Source: Promethearchaeum syntrophicum
Lineage (GTDB): Archaea; Asgardarchaeota; Lokiarchaeia; Sigyniarchaeales; Promethearchaeaceae
Assembly: GCF_008000775.2 (NCBI RefSeq)
Contig: NZ_CP042905.2
Coordinates: forward strand, 4,230,001 to 4,262,000
Direction: 5' to 3'
Length of the DNA: 32,000 bases
Shown: positions 1 to 9,171 of the stretch, in pieces
Position numbering within the stretch: the stretch's first letter is position 1
Layout: each line of letters starts with the position of its first letter
Made by a program: the position numbers and the translations under genes
Notes under the pieces: model-generated
Databases searched by the model: none
What the model was told of the DNA's origin: nothing
What the model saw: the letters and a program-made list of their open reading frames with translations, nothing else

Positions 1-573
1 AATTGAAAAAAAAATTCAAATCAATATTTGAAAACACTGGATTTTTTATAGTATTGTAGTAGCGAACGCTCTCTAATTTAATAATCAGTTTTAGAAATTA
101 ACCGATTTTTGAATTTATAAGAAAACGACTACGTAAACTTTAAATACTAATATTTCCATGAATATTATAAGAGCTAAAAAATGATATTTTAGTTCACAAC
201 TAACCTGCGAAAATAAAATTAAACTATGTTTAGATGAGTAGAATGATATCAAATCGAAATCTTATTAACCGTTTATTCGGAAAAAATATCGGTATGCATA
301 CTTTATTGCCAATAACTTATTGGACAGTAAATGACGCAATGATTAAATGCCGATTTTTTAAGATTTAATTAAGATTTCGGTAAAAATATCATGAAATCGC
401 TAAACCTGAAACAAATCCAAAACCAGTTTTAATAAATAACTGGGTATGGGTGCAGGGCTTCTTTTCCTCTGAAATTTTTACCGAGATTTTTCAAGATTAA
501 ATTATTCAAATTGATCTAACAAATTTAAAAGAAAATCCAAAGGTTAAACCCATAATACAAAAAATCAACATAT

Positions 574-1023
574 GTGATGAGAAATCATCACCGGAGGAAA
601 ATAATAATGATGTTATTCAAGGTGCAGAAATCCATCTCATTTATCCCATTTGATTATCCCGATCCATTGATGAGTGAAATATTTAAATATAAATATAAAA
701 GTCAAGCGAACCACTGGGTTAATTCAAAAAAATCAGGGAATAGATTAGAATACCTAAATAAATTGGGTTATAAGATTCCTGTGCTGGAAAATAATGAAAA
801 AAACATCAGATCATATATGACCTTTAATCGCAAATGGGATAAACCGCGATCGGTGCGGTTTCCTAGCCCAGACGATTATGATGAATTAAATCCTCATCTT
901 AGTTCATTAAGTCAGATTCTAAAGCGTATAAATCTGGGAAGAAAGTATTCAGAACCAGGCCAAGGTCGTATAAGTATTAACTACAAAAAAATCAGGAGGG
1001 GATTACAGAAAGTAGCTAAATAG
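574..1023 (+). CDS. hypothetical protein, possibly the 3' part of a decayed gene
   Basis: 149-aa ORF, basic, no recognised domain. Coding-like fragments lie in another frame just upstream. Confidence 0.3.
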   Translation: MMRNHHRRKIIMMLFKVQKSISFIPFDYPDPLMSEIFKYKYKSQANHWVNSKKSGNRLEYLNKLGYKIPVLENNEKNIRSYMTFNRKWDKPRSVRFPSPDDYDELNPHLSSLSQILKRINLGRKYSEPGQGRISINYKKIRRGLQKVAK

Positions 1024-1170
1024 CAAAAAAATTAGTAGAAAAAGTCATATTTCCTTAATTTCAGAATCGAAACTAAAAAAATGGAGGTGTTTGTTAGAAA
1101 GATAAGAAAATAGAAGAAATAGAAAATATTAAAAAAAAATAACATAAAAAACTGGACCTATATTAACATT

Positions 1171-1200
1171 TGAAATGCAATTTCGCATTTCATTTTTTTT
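1171..1200 (+). terminator. hairpin plus T tract
   Basis: TGAAATGC-AATTTC-GCATTTCA (8-bp stem) followed by T8 on the + strand. Confidence 0.5.
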
Positions 1201-1211
1201 ATCCTTTTACA

Positions 1212-1682
1212 TTATTTCTGAGGTTCAAATCCGAGATCCCATCGATAAATAGGATTCCCTTCTTTATCTTCTCCAGTTTGAGTTTTTAGATAGGTAACTT
1301 GAACAGGCATATCAAAGGTAACTTCCTTGGGTTTGTCTTCTTCTACACCAATTAATTGGCCTGAAACAGAACAACCTTCATCCATTTGACAAACGGCAAA
1401 TATATAGGGTTTTTTACGGTTATATCCTTTCTGAGTCATCGCTTTTGCCCCTACATAAATCGAAGAGAAAGTTTTCAATATTCCTTTTCCTGAAAGTTCA
1501 ATCCATTCAGATTCTGATATACATTTTGAGCATAATCGACGAGGTGGTAAATCTATATTTCCACATTTAGGGCATTTTGAACCCATTAACTTCTTTTCAC
1601 GTAAGAAATTAAAATATTTATCCACAGTAACCATATTTTCTTCACTCATTTTAGATCTTCTCCTTAGTAAATATGTTAACAA
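1212..1682 (-). CDS. DUF35 / OB-fold acyl-CoA-associated protein with rubredoxin-like zinc ribbon
   Basis: CPKCGNIDLPPRRLCSKC zinc ribbon followed by an OB-fold-like region. Adjacent to and overlapping a thiolase gene, the usual archaeal arrangement. Confidence 0.85.
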   Translation of the reverse strand: MLTYLLRRRSKMSEENMVTVDKYFNFLREKKLMGSKCPKCGNIDLPPRRLCSKCISESEWIELSGKGILKTFSSIYVGAKAMTQKGYNRKKPYIFAVCQMDEGCSVSGQLIGVEEDKPKEVTFDMPVQVTYLKTQTGEDKEGNPIYRWDLGFEPQK

Positions 1683-2925
1683 CTACAGTAGCACCACTAC
1701 CACCAACATTATGGGTCATTCCAATTTTTAAGTCTTTTTTAACTTGTCGATTTCGTTCAGCGATCCCACGCATTTGCTTAAATATTTCAACTATTTGTCC
1801 TACTCCAGTAGCACCTACAGGATGACCTTTGGTCTTCAAACCACCACTTGTATTAATTGGTCGAACTCCATCACGCTTAGTTTCCCCATTACCTATTGCT
1901 GCAGCGGCTTTTCCGGCTTCATAAAATCCAAGATCTTCTAGGGCTGCTAGTTCTGCAATGGTAAAACAATCGTGAACTTCTGCTATTTGAATATCTTTTG
2001 GACCGAGTCCACTCATTTCATATGCTTGGCGAGCTGCTTCTTTAGTGGCATCTAATCCAGACAAAACTCCTCCGGTTCGATCATGAAGGCTTAAGGATGC
2101 ACTTCCTTGTCCAATTCCACTAACCCAAATAGGATTATCAGTATATTTATATGCTTCTTCTTCAGAAGCTAAGAAGACACACGCGGCTCCATCAGTAATT
2201 AGACTACAATCGAATAATCTTAATGGATATGCAATCATTGGATTTGCTCTTGATCCTAAGAAATCATACTCATCCTTCCACTCAGGTACAGGTTTACCTC
2301 TCTTTATGGCCTTATTCTTCTTATTTTCCATTATTTCCTTCAAAGTGTGTTGTTCTTGAGCGAACGGATTTTCATGACCATTTTCATAAGCTTTTATCGC
2401 AATATTCCAGAGATCTTTTGGTGTTGTTCCAAATTCATGAAAATGCGCGTTTGCAATTGCAGCATATAATCCAGGAAAAGTTGCTCCTGCAAAATATTCA
2501 TAAGTCGTATCAGCTGCTGCTGCTAAAGCTCCAGTAACACCCTCAGTATTCAATTCGTTCATCTGTTCAACCCCACCAATGCAAACAACTTCGTTCACAC
2601 CGGAAGCAATACTCATTACTCCTTGTCTAAATGCAATACCCGAGCTTGCACAAGCTCCCTCGAATCGAGAGGCAGGTTTTGGTGTCAATCCTACCAAATC
2701 TGCCATTTGAGGTGCCATATGTCCTTGGTGGTTGAATAAATCAGCAGTAAAATTTCCCAAAAAAAACTCATCGATAACTTTCGGTGAAATTCCCTTATCA
2801 GTAAGTTTAACTGCATTAATCCATGCTTCTTGCCACATGTCTATTGAGCGAAGTTTAGGATAATTGATTCCGAATTTCGACATCGCAGCGCCGACAATAG
2901 CAACTTTCCGATTTAATTTTCTCAT
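1651..2925 (-). CDS. thiolase / acetyl-CoA C-acetyltransferase (SCP2-thiolase-like)
   Basis: Catalytic motifs GACASSGIAFRQG, EVHDCFTIAE, GHPVGATG and NVGGSGA. Confidence 0.9.
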   Translation of the reverse strand: MRKLNRKVAIVGAAMSKFGINYPKLRSIDMWQEAWINAVKLTDKGISPKVIDEFFLGNFTADLFNHQGHMAPQMADLVGLTPKPASRFEGACASSGIAFRQGVMSIASGVNEVVCIGGVEQMNELNTEGVTGALAAAADTTYEYFAGATFPGLYAAIANAHFHEFGTTPKDLWNIAIKAYENGHENPFAQEQHTLKEIMENKKNKAIKRGKPVPEWKDEYDFLGSRANPMIAYPLRLFDCSLITDGAACVFLASEEEAYKYTDNPIWVSGIGQGSASLSLHDRTGGVLSGLDATKEAARQAYEMSGLGPKDIQIAEVHDCFTIAELAALEDLGFYEAGKAAAAIGNGETKRDGVRPINTSGGLKTKGHPVGATGVGQIVEIFKQMRGIAERNRQVKKDLKIGMTHNVGGSGATVVVNIFTKEKI

Positions 2926-3087
2926 TTTTTATAACCTTACTAAACTATAATTCAAATTGTATTTAGAATATACTCTCATTTTATTAGAATAATATCTATT
3001 TATTTCGGTTATGTTTTTTTTAATTCCAAAACAATTATAAATGAATTTAGACACCTCTAATATTAGTGTTTTAGGAAGCTTTTACAA

Positions 3088-3999
3088 ATGAGATCAAAGA
3101 ACAAACATTCAAGAAATTCACTTTATAAGTATTATAAAGATGTCCCTATTGAAGAATTTTCAAAATTGAAAGCTTTTAGGGAAAATCATCAATTAAAGGA
3201 AATAATATATAAAAATAATCCAATTGAATACTATTCATCTGGCTCAGGAACCATAGCAGTTTTAATATTTCCTGGAGGTGCAGGAATTGCAGAAATCAAC
3301 TATAATAGAATAATTCATCTTGAAAAAAATTTCAGAGTAATCGCTCCTTCCTTCATGTATACGAAAAATATGACCGAATACACTGAATTTATTGAATTAT
3401 TGTTAGAAAAAGAAAATGTAAGTCGGTTAATACTTTTGGGCGGCAGTGGTGGCGGTTTCCTTGCTCAAGGTGTTTTCCATAGAATTTTTCCTAAAATTGA
3501 TGGCATGATTTTATCTAACACATATCCCCCAATACCAAAATGGGTAAAGGATTATAAAAAAGCATTTATCCTTCTAAAATTCCTTCCTAATAAACTTCTG
3601 AAAAAAATAATGTTAAAGAAATTAGGGGGTTATTTCAAAGATAGCGATATCAACCATTTAACCTCTGAACAACAAAATGCAATAATGTTGATCTCTGCAC
3701 ATCTTAACGAACTTATTAATACAAAATATGATAAAAAAACTATTCTACTCCCTCAATACAATTTAATCACTAATTGGAATGCAGAAATATATAAACCCGA
3801 ATTCTATTCTACTTGGAAGGGAAATATTTTAGTCATTATCGGAGATAAAGATAAAGGTTTTGAATATCATGAACGTTTAATGTCACAGTACCCTAATATT
3901 CAAGAATATGTAATTAAAGGAGCAGGACATACAGCAGGATTGCTCAAAAAAGAAGAATATGAAGGAATTATTGATAAATTTCTCATAGATTTTATTTAA
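3088..3999 (+). CDS. alpha/beta hydrolase
   Basis: FPGGAG oxyanion region, LLGGSGGGFLAQ nucleophile elbow, late GDKD and GAGH (Asp/His) motifs. Confidence 0.75.
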   Translation: MRSKNKHSRNSLYKYYKDVPIEEFSKLKAFRENHQLKEIIYKNNPIEYYSSGSGTIAVLIFPGGAGIAEINYNRIIHLEKNFRVIAPSFMYTKNMTEYTEFIELLLEKENVSRLILLGGSGGGFLAQGVFHRIFPKIDGMILSNTYPPIPKWVKDYKKAFILLKFLPNKLLKKIMLKKLGGYFKDSDINHLTSEQQNAIMLISAHLNELINTKYDKKTILLPQYNLITNWNAEIYKPEFYSTWKGNILVIIGDKDKGFEYHERLMSQYPNIQEYVIKGAGHTAGLLKKEEYEGIIDKFLIDFI

Positions 4000-4080
4000 T
4001 CATTACTTTTATTAGAAATCCTTAAAATAGAAGAATTTACACAGAGATAAATAAGAAAAAAATCAAAAAAAACACTATTA

Positions 4081-4908
4081 TTATATACGATTACCACAAT
4101 TTGTACAAAAGGCAGTGCCTTGATCAACAAGAGTCCCACAATTTGGGCAAGCCACCATACCAGGTGTACTTGGTTTTTGAGTTGATGCCCCTAATCCATA
4201 AGCGGGTGCGGGTGTCTTAGGAGGTTCTGGTTTAGATGCTCCGAATGCATTTTTGCTTTTCTTTGGTTTCTTCGGTGAATAGCCTGCTTGACCCGGTTTA
4301 AACCGTATCGCACCAGCAAGTGCTCCGAATGCCCCTCCGATCAAACCCCCCTCAAGACATGAGAGGAATATCGCCCAGAATGGGGGCAAATCCGTTAATC
4401 CGGTGTATATTCCATCAATTACACCAGTAAATATTGATGCTGCACCCAGATCTTGACTTGAAATCAATGCAGTTAATCCGTAAATCAAAACTAAACCTAC
4501 TATCATAAATCCTCCTCCAAGCCAAACCCCTGTTAAGAAGCCTTCTTTAGGACTCCTGGAGAAAATGATCGCAGTTATAAAAACAGCCAATATCCAAGGA
4601 ATGATAAGTGCTAGCGCATAAACTGCATCACCTGGTCTATAAGCAAGAAGCCAATGAACTGGAAAAAGTAGAATTAAGAATAAACCCATAAAGCCATTGA
4701 TAACAATTGCTATAAATGAACCTGCTTCTGGACTAAGCAATTCTAATCCACCTGTTATAGTCTCACCTACATTTACGAATAATCCACCTGTTATGGCGCC
4801 ACCTAAATCAAAAACTGTAAATGCAATGGCCGACATGAATATCAAGCAGCAACTTGTAAAACAGTTTACGAAACACGATTTAAAAAATCCGATTTTTTTC
4901 ATCTCCAA
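4081..4908 (-). CDS. multi-pass membrane protein with C-terminal zinc ribbon
   Basis: Several hydrophobic helices, a proline-rich linker, then CPNCGTLVDQGTAFCTNCGNRI at the C-terminus. Confidence 0.75.
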   Translation of the reverse strand: MEMKKIGFFKSCFVNCFTSCCLIFMSAIAFTVFDLGGAITGGLFVNVGETITGGLELLSPEAGSFIAIVINGFMGLFLILLFPVHWLLAYRPGDAVYALALIIPWILAVFITAIIFSRSPKEGFLTGVWLGGGFMIVGLVLIYGLTALISSQDLGAASIFTGVIDGIYTGLTDLPPFWAIFLSCLEGGLIGGAFGALAGAIRFKPGQAGYSPKKPKKSKNAFGASKPEPPKTPAPAYGLGASTQKPSTPGMVACPNCGTLVDQGTAFCTNCGNRI

Positions 4909-5093
4909 AATTTTTTTATATTAGTAAGTTCTCAACGCTTGTTAAATAAATTATGTTATAAAAAAAGCGTGCGAACTTACTCACTAGAAGTTAAGAAATC
5001 TGATCGTAAAAGTTCTCCATATAGAAACCATATGTAGATTAAATTTATCCAATTTTTTGAATTAATAAAATATTTTTATGTTCTTTTTTCTTA

Positions 5094-6137
5094 TTACGTG
5101 CTCAATTCTCTCATAATTTTTGCGTTGAGTTCTGGAAGAGCATCGCATATCATTGTTCCCGTTCCGAGTTCCACACCCGCTAAAAATTTAAGTTTTTCTT
5201 TACCCCTAAACGGAGTATAATATTCGATGTGGAAATGAAATAAATTTTCGGAGTTCTCCTTGGTATTTACGGGAGAATTATGCATTGCCATCACATAGGG
5301 CATTATATTACCATCTCCATGAAGAGCATCATATTTTTGCACAATTTTTTTCATGATCTGGGCAAGAGATTCGATTTCTGTTTCTGTAATTTCGATTAAT
5401 GAACGGAAGTGCCTTTTGGATATAATATGAATTTCAAATGCCCAATGTGCATAATAGGGAATAATTGCCAGGAAATCATCATTTTCACAAACAATTCTCG
5501 AATTTCCACCATTTTTCAATTCGTTTTTTTCGTTTTGCTCTTCTTTTAGGATATCACATAAGATACAAGAGTTTTTTTCTTTATTGTATTGTTTAAATGC
5601 TAAATATTCTTTTTCGATTTTAGGCGGAATAAATGGAAATGAAAAGATTTGTCCATGGGGATGAGTCATTGAATTGCCGATTTCTTTTCCCCTATTTTCC
5701 ATGATGAAGATATATTTCATATCCTTCATATTTTTTATAGCAGCGAACCTTTCCTGCCACATTTTTATAAGAGCAATTATATTTTGATGTTCTAATGTTC
5801 CAAAAGAAGCATCATGATCTTGTGAATAGAGAATAACCTCGCATTTACCATAATTTGGGGCTGTTTTTTTGAAAGATCCCATGATTTTCTCTATTGAAAA
5901 ATGTTTAGTTTCATCTAAAGAAGCAAATCGGTTTGGTAACTGTTTTACAACCCATTTTCCTGATCCTTCAGGAGCATCTGGGCAAAAAGGACATGTCCAC
6001 GTCTTTTTTGGTTCCTTTTTGAAGTTTTTCCCTTGAAATGGTCTCAAGTTTCTTTTTGGCGCGTAAATAATCCATTCTTTTTGAAATGGATCCCACCGAT
6101 ATTGAGATTTATCAGATTTTTCATCTAGCATTTTCAA
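5094..6137 (-). CDS. galT: galactose-1-phosphate uridylyltransferase (HIT superfamily)
   Basis: CPFCP zinc motif, NRFASL, SMTHPHGQIFSFPFIP active-site motif, second HFHIEYY motif. Confidence 0.88.
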   Translation of the reverse strand: MKMLDEKSDKSQYRWDPFQKEWIIYAPKRNLRPFQGKNFKKEPKKTWTCPFCPDAPEGSGKWVVKQLPNRFASLDETKHFSIEKIMGSFKKTAPNYGKCEVILYSQDHDASFGTLEHQNIIALIKMWQERFAAIKNMKDMKYIFIMENRGKEIGNSMTHPHGQIFSFPFIPPKIEKEYLAFKQYNKEKNSCILCDILKEEQNEKNELKNGGNSRIVCENDDFLAIIPYYAHWAFEIHIISKRHFRSLIEITETEIESLAQIMKKIVQKYDALHGDGNIMPYVMAMHNSPVNTKENSENLFHFHIEYYTPFRGKEKLKFLAGVELGTGTMICDALPELNAKIMRELST

Positions 6138-6315
6138 AGAAATTAAATTACTTGATTATATTTCTATTTATGTCTTTTATTTTGATCAAAAATGAGATTC
6201 GATCTTAGAGTATGATCCACATATTACATAGATAATTTTTAGATGATAAGTTGTCTTTAGATAATCTTTGTTTTTAATTAGGTTAGCTATCATATATTTG
6301 GTGGGCACAGCACAA

Positions 6316-7395
6316 ATGATCTTTGACTTTATAATTCTTCGAAACGGGCTACCAGTTTTCATAGAAAATTACGATCCGAAATTAAGTTTATCAGTTGACA
6401 AGCACAAATTTACCTTAATTTCCGGGTTTTTCTCCGCTATTTCGACCTTTGCAGATTCTGTTGATAAACTAGGGCAGGTAGAAGAGGTAAAGATGACAGA
6501 TTACTTTTTTACATTCAAGCGCATCGATATCGAAAAAGCCGAAATATTATTTATTCTCAGTTCTGATAAGAGTTTACCCAAAAACATCAGAAAAATCATA
6601 ATCGAAGAATCTTCGTCAAAATTCCTATCATTATTCAAGAAAGAAATGATAAATAATTGGGGCGGAAAAGTTGAACCATTTTTAAAATTTAAAGAAGTGC
6701 TTACTAATATTTTAGAAAATATCCTAAAAGAAGTTACTTATGAAGAAAAAGGGAACCGGGTAATGACACCGCTAATAGATATCAAACTCGAAGAAAATAA
6801 AGAACTTCAAGATAAAACACGGCTAATAACTAGTAGATTTGACAGATACAAAACCCTACGCCATTATCAGCATAAATATGAAATCATGTCAAGTCCATAT
6901 GTTAAACATACGGCTAACCACCCAGATGATTTACCTTGGGCATCTCCCAAAGCTTGGACTACTATTGCAAACACACCAATCAATAATTTTAATCTCCAAT
7001 CTACTCAAAATATATCGAATTTTGAATCCAATTTTCGACCCACACAAAATACTTTGAGTTATAAAAATTCCGTTATTAAACCAACAATCAATTATTCTTC
7101 ATATATTAATCCTAAAATGCAATCCGAGGGTATGTTTACTAAGGATTCATTAAATTATACAGAAAACAATATTCATACTTCGGTTTATGACATTATTCCT
7201 TCGAAATTTGCGATTACTGCAGGGGATTTCCGCACGAAATTTAAAGAAAATTTCTGGTCAAAAGTTTTATTTGTAGCGATTGATGGACATAAAACCGTGA
7301 ATGAGTTGGCGAAAGAATTGGAATCTAAGCCAATAGATATATTGCAAGCGTGTCAAAATATGGTTAAATCGAATTTAGTCCAATTTAAAAGATAA
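6316..7395 (+). CDS. longin/roadblock-like N-terminal domain protein with C-terminal winged-helix-like domain
   Basis: Track ORF begins at 6268, but MIFDFIILRNGLPVF... at 6316 fits better as the start. The N-terminus resembles archaeal longin-like domains, the linker is N/S/T-rich, and the C-terminus (GHKTVNELAKELESKPIDILQACQNMVKSNLVQF) looks wHTH-like. Confidence 0.6.
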   Translation: MIFDFIILRNGLPVFIENYDPKLSLSVDKHKFTLISGFFSAISTFADSVDKLGQVEEVKMTDYFFTFKRIDIEKAEILFILSSDKSLPKNIRKIIIEESSSKFLSLFKKEMINNWGGKVEPFLKFKEVLTNILENILKEVTYEEKGNRVMTPLIDIKLEENKELQDKTRLITSRFDRYKTLRHYQHKYEIMSSPYVKHTANHPDDLPWASPKAWTTIANTPINNFNLQSTQNISNFESNFRPTQNTLSYKNSVIKPTINYSSYINPKMQSEGMFTKDSLNYTENNIHTSVYDIIPSKFAITAGDFRTKFKENFWSKVLFVAIDGHKTVNELAKELESKPIDILQACQNMVKSNLVQFKR

Positions 7396-7464
7396 TTAGT
7401 TTTTACTATTTTTATTAATTTATTTTATTTAGAATATAAAAAAAAAAGATTTTAATTCATAATT

Positions 7465-9114
7465 TTAATCAAAATCTCTATCGCGCAATTTTCGGTGTAA
7501 GATTTTTCCCACATTAGTCTTAGGAAGTTCATCAAGAAATTCTATTTCGCGTGGAAATTTATAAGCAGCCATTTGTAATTTAGCCCATTCAATTATTTCA
7601 GATTCACTAATTTTTCCAACGAATTGGGGATGTAATGCAATAAAAGCTTTAATATTTTCTCCTCCAGTTTTCGGATCTAGAATTCCGATAACGCCACATT
7701 CCAAGATCGCTTCATGTTCAAGAAGAAATGCCTCAATTTCATCGGGATAAACTGAATGACCTTTATATTTTATTAAATTCTTCAATCTTGACACGATCTT
7801 AGTATACCCTTCCGAATCCATCAATGCGCCATCACCCGTATAAAGCCAACCATCTCGAATAGTTTGTTTATTTACTTCATCTTTTTTGTAATACCCTTTC
7901 ATAATCTGAGGACCTTTAACGCAGAGCTCTCCCACTTCATTAATTTGTAACATTTTAGTTCCAGTTTCAATGTCAACAATTTTCATATCAGTATTTGGGA
8001 ATGGTAGACCTACAGTTCCATTTTTAAATCGGCCATCAAGAGGGTTTGCATGTGTAACAGGACTTGCTTCTGTTAATCCGAAGCCTTCTCGGAGTTTTGC
8101 TCCAGTTAACTCTTCAAATTTATCTTGGATTTCTTTCGGTAATGGTCCAGCTCCAGAAATACAATATTTAAGAGAGGAAAGATTAAAATCTTTTACCTTG
8201 GGAAATTGATTGATATTATTATACATTGCAGCCACTCCGGGGAATAATGTGACTTTATGTTTTGTAATTTCTTCAAGTAGTTCTTCGGCATCTCTAGGAT
8301 TAGCGACGAGAATTTGATTAGCTGCAAGTCTTACTGCTAAGTTCATGCAGAGTTGTTGTGCGTAAATATGATATAAAGGCAATGCGGTTAACATGACTTC
8401 TTTGCCCATTTGAGATTCTGTGAACCAAACTTTGCCTTGTTCAACATTAGCGACTAGATTTTTATGAGTTAACATTGCACCTTTTGGCAAGCCTGTCGTA
8501 CCACCAGTGTATTGAAGACAAGCGATATCATTTTCAGGATCAATTTTTACTTTTGGAGGATTAGGTGCAGTTTTTGGAATGATATCTTCAAGAAAAATTG
8601 TTTTTCCATCTTCGGATATTGGATCTCCTGGTAATGTTGGATCAGGGGAAAACCATGCACCTAAAGAACTGTAAATAACTTTTTCCACGCATGTTTCTGG
8701 GATAACTGGATCTACAATTTGATTAAAACCCTCCCAAACAATAAGAACCTTAGTTTCTGAATCATTTAATTGATGTTTGATTTCGAGCGCGAGGAAGAGA
8801 GGGGATAAAAGAGTTACTCGAGCTCCAATTCTTAAGACCGCATAATAACATGCAATACAAGGGGGAACATTTGAAAAATGTAAAGCAACAGTATCATTTT
8901 TTTTTATCCCCAGATCATTTGCCAAATAGGTAGCTATCCTATCTACAATTTCATCAAGGGTCTTGTAATTTAATTGATTTCCAAAATATGTGGTAGCGAT
9001 TGCATCCGGATAATTTAATGCTGCATTTCTTAGGTTAATATCAAGTGAAATATTTGGGATTTCTATTATTTTAGGAATATTTTCAGGATAAAATTTGTGG
9101 TAAAGCTTCGACAT
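7465..9114 (-). CDS. AMP-forming acyl-CoA synthetase (medium/long-chain fatty-acid CoA ligase)
   Basis: LQYTGGTTGLPKGAMLTHKN, GFGLTEASPV, YTGDGALMDSEGY and PKTNVGKILHRKLRD motifs. Confidence 0.93.
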   Translation of the reverse strand: MSKLYHKFYPENIPKIIEIPNISLDINLRNAALNYPDAIATTYFGNQLNYKTLDEIVDRIATYLANDLGIKKNDTVALHFSNVPPCIACYYAVLRIGARVTLLSPLFLALEIKHQLNDSETKVLIVWEGFNQIVDPVIPETCVEKVIYSSLGAWFSPDPTLPGDPISEDGKTIFLEDIIPKTAPNPPKVKIDPENDIACLQYTGGTTGLPKGAMLTHKNLVANVEQGKVWFTESQMGKEVMLTALPLYHIYAQQLCMNLAVRLAANQILVANPRDAEELLEEITKHKVTLFPGVAAMYNNINQFPKVKDFNLSSLKYCISGAGPLPKEIQDKFEELTGAKLREGFGLTEASPVTHANPLDGRFKNGTVGLPFPNTDMKIVDIETGTKMLQINEVGELCVKGPQIMKGYYKKDEVNKQTIRDGWLYTGDGALMDSEGYTKIVSRLKNLIKYKGHSVYPDEIEAFLLEHEAILECGVIGILDPKTGGENIKAFIALHPQFVGKISESEIIEWAKLQMAAYKFPREIEFLDELPKTNVGKILHRKLRDRDFD

Positions 9115-9171
9115 ACTTTTCTATCTGTCATCGAAATTTAAAAAATGGATCATCAGAAGTAAAAAAAAAAA

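Noticed and set aside
1215-1235. GGTTCAAATCC motif resembling a tRNA T loop
   Set aside because: No flanking complementary T stem or cloverleaf. It lies in the conserved C-terminal coding part of the DUF35 protein (DLGFEP).
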